Assembly (NCBI RefSeq): GCF_006345805.1 | Contig: NW_021832221.1 | Location: 1-64,000 of the forward strand | Reading direction: 5' to 3' | Source of the DNA: Octopus sinensis | Taxonomy: Eukaryota | Length of the DNA stretch: 64,000 nucleotides | Shown: piece after piece, positions 1 to 11,202 of the stretch | Numbering within the stretch: position 1 is the stretch's first letter | Layout: every line of letters starts with the position of its first letter | The notes under the pieces: model-generated | The model's database searches: none | The model's input: the letters and a program-made list of their open reading frames with translations, nothing else | Told to the model about the DNA's origin: nothing | Made by a program: the position numbers and the translations under genes

Positions 1-786
1 TAGAGCTTTTATTTTATTTTTTTAACGAAAATTTAACAAAAAGAATTTATGTCATCGAAAAAAGATAGCTAAGCTAATTAATGGCCTCACAAGGCTTGAA
101 GGTTGTGGAGGACCTCATCATGTGAGTCGAGGACTTTCTTGTCGTTCATTTTAACAAAAACGCAGAAAATATTTTTTTTTAATTTTTGGGCTTGAAGGTT
201 GTGGAGGACCTCATCATGTGAGTCGAGGACTTTCTTGTCGTTCATTTTAACAAAAACGCAGAAGAAAATATTTTTTTTTAATTTTTTGGCTTGAAGTTTT
301 GGGGGACCACATCATGTGAGTCGAGGACTTTCTTGTTGTTCATTTTAACAAAAACGCAGAATAATAATTTTTTTTAAATTTTTTGGCTTGAAGGTTTTGA
401 GGGACCACATCATGTGAGTCGAGGACTTTCTTGTTGTTCATTTTAACAAAAACGCAGAAAATAATTTTTTTTAATTTTTTGGCTTGAAGGTTTTGGGGGA
501 CCACATCATGTGAGTCGAGGACTTTCTTGTTGTTCATTTTAACAAAAACGCAGAAAATTGACTTGAAGGTTTTGGGGGACCTCATCATCGAGGATATATT
601 CTTTTTATTAAATTTTTTGACAGGAAGGTTCTTAGAGGATATCAACCTTTTATTGTGCCTCATTATCGAATAACTACAAAAGGGAAGGTTTTGACAATTG
701 ATCTGGTTTGTAACAATTTGAATGTGGGTGTGCACAGACAGACACACAGACAGACAGACACACACCATACCATTTTATTATTAAGA
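1..786 (-). mobile_element. 5' part of a non-autonomous Helitron-like element (runs off the left edge of the window)
   Basis: Read on the minus strand it starts TCTTAATAATAAAATGGTATGGTGTGTGTCTGTCTG, the same start as the element at 21709, followed by a (GTCT/GT)n microsatellite and a ~97-bp tandem array homologous to the 21821-22810 array. Confidence 0.65.
93..592. repeat. Tandem array, ~5.3 copies of a 96-99 bp unit
   Basis: Unit GGCTTGAAGGTT...CATCATGTGAGTCGAGGACTTTCTTG...AACAAAAACGCAG restarts at about 93, 189, 288, 385, 481 and (partially) 560. Confidence 0.92.
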
Positions 787-2294
787 AAACCTCTCGAATC
801 CGCCGATTTTAGGACCGACCAAAAAATTAGCGGATTCGAGAGGCAATTTAAATAATATTTTATAGTTGAAATATGAACTTACAATATAGATTAAGTATTT
901 CTTTTTATATTCAAATTACTGAATACATAAAATTATTTATATTCAAAAAAATCAGAAATTTTATTTTTTAATTGATTTTCTTAACATTTCCCCAATTCGC
1001 ATAATATTTTCATGATCATCTATATCTGCATTTACCTGAGAAGCATAAGTTTTAATAATCTCTAGAGCTCTGAAGGCTCCTGAGAGATCAACTTTTTTCT
1101 CATTTGATTCCTCTTCAATAATTGTTTCCTAAGTATAATTATTAAATAAAATCACTAACTGATTGAAATTTTTTTGAGTGTAATGTACCAGCTTGTTCAG
1201 ATTTGTCTAAAAATTCCATTAGCTCTTCATTTTCAGTATATCCGTAATCAACAAATTCACTATAAGATATTGGATCGTCAATTTGAAATTTCTTAATTAT
1301 TTCTTCATAATTATTTTCGTAGTTCTTAGATTCACTGTTGATTGTGATTGTTTCACATTTTATCCATTGTGCATGACGGAAACAATTTTTGATGGTCGTA
1401 GGAGTAACTTTATTCCAGCGAAGAATGTTAATGTCGCAGCAGTTTTAAGGGTGATTCCATTAATTGCATTCTGACATTTTCCCCTGCCTCGACTTTTCGA
1501 TTATATCATTTATTTTCAAATTGGTAATTTCGGCTTTAAAGCATTTTATAATTCCTTGATCCATTGGTTGCAAGAGCGAGGATGTTCTAGAAGGCAAAAA
1601 AAGAATTTCAATTGAGTTTAACGTGATAATAATTTGATGAGATGGACATTGATCTATTGCAAGTAGAATTTTTCTTTGCAAGTTCACAATCAAAATCACT
1701 GAGCCACTTGTTAAAAATTTCACGGTTCATCCATGCCTTATTGGAATGGGTGTAGGTAATATATTTTCCAATGTTGAAATTTTTAAAACACCTTGGACTT
1801 TTGAATCTTCCTATCATCACAGGCCTTCTTTTATCGGAACCAGAATCATCGCTACATCAAATTCATTAAATTTGAGTTTTGGAATTCTCGTTATGTTTAA
1901 TTTTTTGATGTCAGTCCTATTCAAAAAGTCCGATTTTGATTTAAGGTCGTTTATAGTTCTCGGAGAAATTTTATTTTTTAACCGTGAAGAAAAAATCCTG
2001 GAAATTTGAGGTGCAGAAACGAATGGGTTGTCAGAAATATAACGTAGTATAGAAATTTTTTCGTAGATAGAAAGTCTAACACAGCGACGCATCACAAAAA
2101 TACAATTTAACGTGTAATGAGAATTTTAAAATGTTAATTAATTTAACTTACAATTAGATAAAAAAATTATTTTTCATAATACTTGAGGAGCGGATTCGAG
2201 AAACAAGCGGATTCAAGAATCATTCATAGGAAATTTCAAATTTTTGATTAAAACAAGCGGATTCGAGAAGCGGCGGATTCGAGAGGTTTCACTG
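787..2294 (-). mobile_element. pogo/Tigger DNA transposon, internally deleted; left TIR clipped by the Helitron end
   Basis: Right end GCGGATTCGAGAGGTTTCACTG+TA; left end AAACCTCTCGAATCCGCC. CENP-B-type HTH (ORF 1817-2095) and DDE C-terminal motifs (KSPRCFK, KAWMNREIF, LLQPMDQGII) in shifted frames. Confidence 0.82.
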
Positions 2295-2399
2295 TATTTG
2301 TACGTTTGCGCAAATATTTCATTTTTTCATTTGTATGCCTGCACAAATAAAAAAGTCTGAAACTGCAATTAAGAAAAATCTTATTATCGGCGCCTATGA

Positions 2400-3040
2400 G
2401 GGAGATGGTGACTGAAGGAACTTGCCAAATCTTTCGATTTTCCGAAAACTACTACTTATCTTTGGCTGAAAAGAAGGATAAACCTGATCAGAGAGGAGGA
2501 TCAAAAACAGAAAAAAATTTTGTGTTGAACAGATTGAACTTAATCCGAAGATTACTCTTGAGACTTCGATTCTAATTTCTAAGAGACGGAACGACGCCTG
2601 ACCCTAAACCCGAGTTGTAAATTTTGATAGACAATAATTATTGTTGATTTAATTTTGATTGGAAAATCTTAATTTGCTAAGTAATTTAGTCAATCTGAAT
2701 TTTATTTCGAATTGTATCTTGAATCTTAAAGCCATCCATTAGAAGCAGTGAAATCAAGATTTGAATTTCTATATGCAATTTTACTTGCAATAGGCTGGCC
2801 CATTGATTGGGAAACCTTCGACCTGAGATTACAAAAATCTCGTAAACTTGAACACTAATTCGTATCCAATTGTACCTTCGGATGTTGAAAAGCATTAACC
2901 TAGAATTCCTTCCTTTCTTTTTTAGTCGGTATAGCATTCCTTTAGAGATGTTTAATCTTTTACAAATCATTTTTTATGGCCAGAATTTATATTCTTGCAA
3001 AATTTTGATCTTTCTACTTTGATTTAGTTTTCTAGGACTA
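2400..3040 (-). pseudogene. Degraded pogo-like transposase fragment (copy 1)
   Basis: Remnants of the CENP-B HTH (TASNGW-like motif). About 350 bp (2688-3040) is repeated directly at 4063-4395. Confidence 0.55.
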
Positions 3041-4062
3041 ACCCTCAAGTTCACGACATTAATTCTCTATTAATTAATTGACTGTATTAAAGTTCTTGTA
3101 TTAAAAAAAAAAAAAAAAAAAAAATTTAATTAAAAATCAATAATTAATTATAATTAAATTACACGTTAAAATAGTATTTTTGGGATTATCAAAAGAAATT
3201 CTTTCAAAAAATGAAATTTACAAAGATTCCGCCTGTTTAGACGAAGGACTGTCAAAGAAAGAACGCTTTGGTATTAGAAGTTCTTCGAAGATTTTGGAAT
3301 TTGAAGGAGCAAAAGCGTTTATTTTTGAAAAAGGAAATCTTTGAGGTTATTTGGAACTCACGAAACTGAATTAAAGATGAAAACAATTGAGATAAACGTA
3401 TTGATTAAAATTTTAAGGTTGTGCACAATTCTAACCATTTTGATATAGATAGGCTTCTTACTCAATTAGCATCTAAAATATATGGAATAAAAAGACCAGA
3501 AGTTTGTAAAGTTATCGGATTCAACAAATCTATAAAGAGATAGATATAATCTACCAGCGAATCAAACAATCACTTCTGACATTCTCTTAAAATGCTGAAA
3601 AAATTGTTTATGATGAAACAACTCAACATAAACCTTTTGAAGTTTTTATATGAGTTGGACATCATGATTTAAAAAGTGGGGATCAAATTGAAGAGCTTAA
3701 ATAATTTTAGGGAGATGACGAAAACGCGGAGGTGGATTAGGGACATTTTTAGGGCTAATGAGTTGAGTTTTATTATAAAATCCAATTATGTCCGGAAAGA
3801 TTTAAATTTTTCGTTAAAATTCAATTTTTAAGTGAAAAAATTAAATAAATAATTCAAATCTTGCCAAAAATTGTTTTAAAATATTAATTTATAATTTTTA
3901 AGGAAAAAAATCAATTTAATGCGAATCAAATTTTTTTCGGGCACTGTATTTCTTCATCTATATTTTTAGGAATTAAGGAAGTTGTATTTTTAGAAAAAAT
4001 ATTACGTCAAGGTTTGAAAATTTGGCAAAAACCGCATAAAAAGTTGCTTTATCAATTAACAA

Positions 4063-4395
4063 AGTCAATCTGAATTTTATTTCGAATTGTATCTTGAATC
4101 TGTAAAGCCATCCATTAGAAGCAGTGAAATCATGATTTGAATTTCTATATGCAATTTTACTTGCAATAAGGCTGGCCCATTGATTGGGAAACCTTTCGAC
4201 CTGAGATTACAAAAAATCTCGTAAACTTAAACACTAATTCGTATCCAATTGTACCTTCGGATGTTGAAAAGTATTTTAGTCGGTATAGCATTCCTTTAAA
4301 AAATGTTTAACCCTTTTACAAATCATTTTTTATGGCCAGAATTTATATTCTTGCAAAATTCTGATCTTTCTACTTTGATTTAGTTTTCTAGGAAT
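4063..4395 (-). repeat. Second copy of the pogo-derived segment at 2688-3040
   Basis: Near-identical run AGTCAATCTGAATTTTATTTCGAATTGTATCTTGAATC...GATTTAGTTTTCTAGGA with small indels. Confidence 0.8.
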
Positions 4396-4494
4396 TAGCT
4401 TTCTAGAATTTATAAAATAACCTGATAATTTCAATTTTTAGCAGGTTAATTGATTTACTAAGTTACGAAATTGAAAAATTTTTAAATAATGAAA

Positions 4495-4815
4495 AATGTT
4501 AGCTGCCATCGCCGTCTATACAACGCAGGTACCTGGAGAGCTACTAAAAATCATTTATGTAGTTGGATTCTTTCTATAGAAACCAGTTAAGAAGAATCGT
4601 TGATATATATTGGCCACATAGATAAATTTAATGAGTCTTTACAAGATGTGCAGTTCGCGACATATAAGCATCGGCGTGCTGGAAAGCCTTTGAGCTTTTT
4701 TGGATACATCCTAAAAATGAATAAAGAACTCAATTTAATATCGCAATCGAAGCACACTTCAAAGTACAAGTGTTTTCAAAATTCAAAAAAAGCCATGGAT
4801 GCTGCCTACCAGTAG
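4495..4815 (+). pseudogene. Degenerate 3' fragment of an RTE-like non-LTR retrotransposon
   Basis: Across frames: YNAGTW..NQLRRIVDIYWPHR..LYKMCSSR..SFFGYILKM. This aligns with the better copies at 56526 and 58301 (YNSATW..RQLRSLLGLNWPIR..LFGHILRM). Confidence 0.5.
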
Positions 4816-4837
4816 TGCTAAAAAAGATTTATCTTTA

Positions 4838-4978
4838 TTAAATATTGGTTACGATCTCGATAGGGTCAAACACAGAGGGAGATGGAGGCACTTCGTAGAG
4901 AGGATGATGAAGAGAATCGCTCAAATAGAATGCATAAGTTGTGGCAACAATATGTGCTAATAATATGACCCAAGTCAT
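4838..4978 (-). CDS. Candidate 46-aa secreted peptide (MTWVILLAHIVATTYAFYLSDSLHHPLYEVPPSPSVFDPIEIVTNI)
   Basis: ATG start, hydrophobic N-terminus, stop overlapping AATAAA, GC higher than the flanks. No homology recognised. Confidence 0.3.
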   Translation of the reverse strand: MTWVILLAHIVATTYAFYLSDSLHHPLYEVPPSPSVFDPIEIVTNI

Positions 4979-5167
4979 GTGGTCAAATCCAGCTGGAATG
5001 TGGTTTGACTTGTGCCAAATGAACCATATTAGAACAGACAGCTTATATGGATAAATTAATATTATTATACTACTAAACAAAAATTAATTCAAAAAATAAT
5101 ATAATTATTAAAAAATCTCCTTAAAACAAATAAATTAAAATTTTTTAAAATCCAATAAATATTTACA

Positions 5168-6299
5168 ATGTTAGTGCTTGTGGTTTTATTGACTATATTT
5201 CAAAGTAAACATTTGATTATATAAACGAACAGTAATGAAGGGATGCCAGAGGTGCACATTCTTCATCCATACCACAGAACATACAACACCTCATGTTCGG
5301 GGGTTTCCTGGAGCAAAGACGTAACCCACCTCGTCCATGCATAGGGCCATCCTGTTGTCAATTCCTCCGTTCTCACTACCACTCCCTCTGTCTCTACCGA
5401 CTGCGGAATATTCGATTGCCTTGGCTCTGACGACAGTATTGTACTGTCCGTCATCCTCCATTGCTTTGCCCGTATTCCCTAATAAGATTGGAGTAGTTTC
5501 CACCTACGTGAGTTCCCCTGTTTTATACCCCCTCGGAGGGTACGGAAATACTAAATTTTATTCCCCTGTCAATGAAAGCAGAACAGAACTGCATTGTGAT
5601 GTACACAATTCCTCCCTCAGAGTACGCTGGCTGAAGGATGGGCAAATCCTTAACCCAACCACGAGAATCAGTTTATCTAAAAATGGCACCAAACTGGCCA
5701 TTTCGCCCATCAGTTTGTGGCAGTCGTAAAATTCCAGAACACAGCGACGGAGGACTGTACATTTGCCAGGTCTTTATACCCCACATGGAAATTGTGCCCT
5801 TCAACGACAGTCTCTCCATAAATTGCAATAATCATTGTTATTTATAAGGAATAGCCGGTTTGTCGGCTCTACGGGTGCCTAAAGAACAGTCATTGGTGGA
5901 AGGGGACGAGTATAGGATTGTATGTCCCATTCGAGGATATCCACTCCCCTTTCATACGTGGAGTAAAGATGGAGTGGAGATTATGGTCGACTCACACACT
6001 ACTTTGGTGGGCATGACACACATCCCCGGGGATACGTTGATTGTGGCACCACTCCGTCTAATAGACAAGGGAATCTACACCTGTCGGGCTAGTAATTCTG
6101 TTGGGGACGAGCTGTCCATTCATCAGAGACTGATTGTAGTTGGTTTGATTTTTTTAACATGGCAGATCGGATGGAAAGTCTGTGGGTTTTTCTCGGTTTA
6201 GTTGGCTTTGCGGTTATTTCAAGTGGACTTGTCCTTTTTTTTAATTGCAGTCAAAGGTTGGCACTAATTATTCATTTCAGGGTTCGTTCTGCAGATTAA
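5168..6299 (+). CDS. Basigin/neuroplastin-like Ig-domain single-pass membrane protein (3 Ig domains, TM, very short tail)
   Basis: Signal peptide MLVLVVLLTIFQ. Three C..W.KDG..D.G.Y.C Ig motifs after removing introns 5321-5344, 5472-5496, 5713-5737 and 6143-6165 (first intron and the one near 5825-5850 ambiguous). TM SLWVFLGLVG resembles basigin ALWPFLGIVA. Confidence 0.75.
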
Positions 6300-6316
6300 T
6301 GACAATATTTAAAAAT

Positions 6317-8021
6317 TTATTTAAAAAACTCGTGTTTGGGGGGTAGATCCACTGAGTGACTCGATTTGGATATATTCACCAATCAGGTCGTCCATTGAGT
6401 TCTTTGCCTCCACAAAGTCCTCGAGTCTGACTCCCTCCACATTTAGGTAGTGGTGGAGATGTGCCTATTATGTTGATTCTGGAATACTTTTCGTTTATAT
6501 AGTTTGACAAATCTTGAATGATGGTGGTGGAAAGTGGAGTGTATTGAGGTTTTGTTGGCCAGGAAGAGGAGGGAGTAGTCCATTTGGACTGGGCGTGCCT
6601 CACATAACCCGATCTTCCATCCATTCGGGTTCCACACAACAAATTTGTTTTTGTTGAATGTGCTGGGTATGTATATAAGTGAGTACCGGGTTATATTCCT
6701 GACCATGTCCTCAATGCACAGAGAACCACGACCGAGAAGAGCTCCGGACATGAGCAGCGAAGAGGTCGAAGTGTGGTCGGATGTGACTACCGAATGTTGG
6801 TGAGACAGGACATCATTAAATATTTCATCGATTCTAAAACGTGTATTAATCTGGGACCTTCGAGGTAGCATTGAACCGCTTTTAAGAGCAAAGAGTGGGG
6901 AAGAGGCAGACATGATGTAGTGTAGACGAGGGTAGGGTACCAGGTTCATGCAAATTTCATTTATGTCCACATTGAGAGATCCTTCGAAACGGGCAGAACT
7001 GATAGTCATTCATCAAAGAACTTACCAAGTGAGGTCAACGAGAAGAGACGCGACAATGTTGTTCATTTCATCGAATGGTCTAGTTTCTCTGTTATTTTTT
7101 GTGCGTAATGAGTTTGGTCGGATGTTGGGGGATGAGCGCAATAGGGTACCTCGTCCTTGCTGCCTCCCAATCACTTTGTCCAGACCGCTCACAATGTTGT
7201 GTAGTGCCAAAATATAAGCTTATAAGGTAAACCTGGTTTTCGACGGGGAAACAACAGTCTGCCACGTCTGTGATGACTCGTAGTGCGAGAGCTGTGTTGT
7301 ATGGTGATGTTATTACATCATCGTCGCCCGAAGGGAAAACGGATACTACAAATCTATTTGCAGTGTTTAAAAGCAGTGATGCCTATAAACTTTGGGGAAT
7401 TCCTCCTTCATGATTTCAAGAATGGCTGTTCCAACTCCGGAGCCGGTCCCTTTACTATTAAAATGGATATACCTCCCCCCATTGAGAAAATGACGAAAAA
7501 AGCATTCAAAAATGGACACTTTTCGGCTGCATTGTGAAGAACATTGCTCAATTGAGTTTTGTATTTGATTGCGTAGTAACAGTGGCCAGTGGCCCTTAAG
7601 TATTTCTATTTTCGAATACCAGTTGTTTCCACAGCCCGAGACGTCCGAAATGAGCTGTTTATCGTCGAATAATCCACCGAGACTACTTTTCATAATTTCG
7701 TTGATGACACCCTCTTCCATGTCGATTAAGACTGCCTCTCTATCAGAAATGCATTTAAAAACTCGAGCTTTGAGACAATTTATTTTGTCAATACATTTTG
7801 AGGACAGTGACTGACTCGTGCTGTCGACGTTAATAAAAAAGCTCTCTATTGCACTGTCGTACTCTCCTTTCTCACGATTATAAAGTTCAATCAACCTTGT
7901 TGTGGAATGCGTGTTCCGTCAGTACTTGGTCCCAAAACCTCCAACCAATTTGGTTGCCACACTGGCCGACTATTTCAACACATAATAATAGACTACCCTG
8001 TACTACCACGAACTGTGTCAT
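6317..8021 (-). CDS. TUBE1: Epsilon-tubulin
   Basis: Spliced N-terminus MTQFVVVQVGQCGNQIGWRFW; GGGTGSG; RPFDEMNNIVASLLVDLTSSARFEGSLNVDINEICMNLVPYPRLHY; KAHLHHYLNVEG. Multiple 23-30 nt introns. Confidence 0.95.
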
Positions 8022-8734
8022 GTTTCCTAGTAACAAGTATACAATTAAATGTATAAAACATGTTTTGAACCATTAACTGTATCAATTGATAATGTCACGT
8101 TTCAGTGTTTTAAATTCTGTTCATCAATTATTTTTTTTAATTATTGTCATTTACAACAATTTCCAGCTCGATTGCAGGTTTTAGCGAGATTTTGTCTGTG
8201 CGAGTTAGATTGATAATAATTTTTAATCGAATTGATCATTTTGATTGTTCTTAATTTGTGAGTGAATAGTTGTAATAAGAGCAATGAATTAGAACTATTC
8301 AACGACACTCGATTTAAGGTCGATAAGTTTTGGTCACTAAAATCGAAGAATATCAAGTTAGAAGTAATCTTGACAGTTATTATCGCTTGACTAACAGTAC
8401 TCTCGATAGTATATTACGATAGCAACCATTCATTTGATCATACTGTGGATTGTCCATTTAATAAATCGATATAATCTTAATTACTCTCAATTTGTTATAA
8501 AGATCACTTCAAAGAACAACAGCGAACATTGACCTAATTAAGTATGCCTCGGTAGTGACTTAATTAAGTATCTCTTGATATGAAACTATCAATTCTAGTA
8601 AATAATGACACAATTAAGTACAGCCTGCAGCATCCCCCATTTTTTCGAATTAATACTTATTCTGTCCAGTTAAATTCAAAAAATGACTATGTAATGAAAA
8701 CTGATAAAACAAAAGTTTGATAGTCACGACAATT

Positions 8735-8888
8735 ATCGATCTTTATTACTGCCAGCTGTCTGTTGGTAGCAATGATTTATTACTCCATTTTGTAAATTGG
8801 GCAAAACAACTATCGATCTTTATTACTGCCAGCTGTCTGTTGGTAGCAATGATTTATTACTCCATTTTGTAAATTGCGCAAAACAACT
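8735..8888. repeat. 77-bp tandem duplication in the divergent TUBE1/LRR intergenic region
   Basis: ATCGATCTTTATTACTGCCAGCTG...GCAAAACAACT at 8735 and 8812, with one mismatch. Confidence 0.9.
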
Positions 8889-9023
8889 TTGTTCGATAAT
8901 TTATCAATTTGCTGATTGGTATTGAATTGCGACGAGTCTATCTACTTAATGGCCGCGTGCGCTTCCGGAGAAACGAGTGTTGTGTGTACTTTCTTGTTGA
9001 TTACTTTAGGATAGGCAAGAATT

Positions 9024-11021
9024 ATGTTACGGAAAGGAGCCGTTTTGTATGTATTCATGGCATTGTGTCAATTGTGTCCCCCAATGTGCGACTGCCCCTC
9101 AGAATCGAGATGGATTGCTCAAATCAGTACCTCTCGTATATTCCACTTGCTCCAAATCCCGATAAACTTGAAATTCTAAAATTCAGTTACAATTCTCTTC
9201 AATCTCTCACACAACACACTTTTAGTGGCCTCTATCAATTAAAGAAGCTGGTTCTCGATGGTAACAGCATTGATGTGGTCGAGGTGACTGCTCTTTTCTA
9301 TTTTTAGAGAGAAGCCTTCGATAGACTGACTAAATTGGAGCACTTGAGTCTCCGAAGTAATGTTATCGAGAAATTGGAGGTGGATACATTCAAAAGAACT
9401 GTTAATTTGCGAATGATCGACCTGTCTTGGAATCTTTTGACAAGTCTTGACTTTGACCTCAGAAACCAAACAAATCTTGCGGAAATAGACCTTTCTAACA
9501 ATGAATTGACAGTAATCGAGGAGAACAATCTCCTAGGCACCGAAAATCTCAAGAAAATCAATTTGGATGGCAATTCAATCACAAATATACACCGACGAGC
9601 CTTTATTCACTCCTCGGCTATTTCTCAACTCATCCTTTCGAATAATTTGATGGAACAACTTAGCATTCAGTTGCCTTCTAGTAGTCACAATTTCTACCAG
9701 TTGTACGTCGACCTCAAAAATTGCCGATTAAATACTTTTCCCGTTCTGGAAACAAGCACTCTGAGCATTCTAAACCTCACGAACAATAAAATCAAGTCTA
9801 TCAGTGTCAGTGATGTCAGTAAACTCGGAAATTCCCTTCTTTCTATTGACGTGAGAAGGAACAGATTGGAGTGGATTGAGGACGGTGTCTTTGCTTATTT
9901 TCCCGAACTGGTCAATTTTAACGCAGACCATAATTTTCTGACTCGAATTCCTGCTCGGCTGTCTCGGTCACTCCTGCAGTTGAGTTTGCGGAATAATTCA
10001 ATCTCTGGAATTGAATCAAATTGCTTTCTTGGACTTTCTCAACTGAAAGAACTTTATTTGGCTCATAACCAAATTTCTCATCTCCCCGCATTGTCCTTTA
10101 CTGGTCTCAAAAGTATTCTGACTCTGGACATTTCCCACAATCACATCAGTGTGATTGATCTGTCTTCACTCACTGCTCTTTCTAGTCTCCGAACCATTTT
10201 CATCACACAAAATAGTGTCCCTAATGTCACCGTGGTGTCTCCGAAAACCACGGAGAGACCAGGAAATGTATGTCTGTTGATTAAAGTGCTCTAGTTAGAG
10301 AATCTGCATTTAACGGGGAGTGTCGGACTGGGTCGGGTCTTGCTTCCATTTCTTGAAATGCTGATGGGGGATAACGCCACAAGTCTTAAAATGGACTCGT
10401 GTGGTCTAACGGGAAAAGGAATGTCTGTTATGTTGTCACTCAGGCCTATCCAACATATTTTCCTATGCAATAATCCATGGATGTGTTCTGAGAGTGATTG
10501 GATCGTTCCCTTTCTCTTAAAACACCCTCAGGTTTTCCACTCAATCATATTGCCAGGACAGACAGTGTTTCTCATGTCTTTCGTCAGACGGGACTTTATT
10601 GTCTGTAAAAGATCAAATGGAAAAGACAACTACTACCAGGATACAGACGACAGTGACATCCAGTCCTCGACAAGAGACTTCCTCCAATTTATCATTGCCA
10701 AAAATTTCGTCTTTAAATTCCCCTTTCTACAAACCAAAGGACATTTTGGTGATCATTGCGGTTGTTGCGGCACTCATTTTATTATTTGTAATTGTTGTTG
10801 TGTCCTTCAACCACGTACTGAAAGTGAGAGAGAATAAAAAGAGGATGAGACCGATTTCTGGGAGCACTTATGTTCGAGCAGAATCTATGTTATTCACCCC
10901 TTTGAAGGACGAGATATTTTATGGCACTTCAAAGGACCCTCTTGTCAAAACATTAGAGCGTCCTTCCAACAAATCGGCGATGGATTTGGAGCAATTTGAT
11001 GCTTGGATTGGTACTTTTTAG
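9024..11021 (+). CDS. Leucine-rich-repeat type I membrane protein (LRRNT, ~18-20 LRRs, LRRCT, S/T stalk, TM, short tail without TIR)
   Basis: Signal peptide plus CPPMCDC; many LxxLxLxxNxL repeats; LCNNPWMC; TM ILVIIAVVAALILLFVIVVV. Introns of ~21-27 nt. One apparent 1-nt deletion near 9110. Confidence 0.9.
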
Positions 11022-11202
11022 TTGAGCATTACTAATTTTAAAATTAAAAATAAATATGAATATTTTAGTTATATTTTAATTTTAGTGATTATTATTGTTT
11101 TTAAAATAGTTGAAATGTCCACCAATCGATTGGTTAATACTTTTTAGAATACATTTTAAACAATTGAAACATTAGTAATATACTTAGTGATAACATATTT
11201 TA

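Noticed and set aside
340-768. 142-aa ORF, and the similar ORF at 21722-21994
   Set aside because: Read-through of the microsatellite and tandem array; not genes.
3103-3950. Poly(A) run, decayed coding-like sequence and a Tc1-like end (GGGCACTGTA at ~3940)
   Set aside because: No partner terminus, TSD or identifiable motif.
9100-9115. LRR gene (and the gene at 11203, near 11232) as frameshifted pseudogenes
   Set aside because: Each is fixed by restoring one A in an AA run, and the same pattern recurs in TE homopolymers, so assembly indel errors are more likely. Read polishing would decide.
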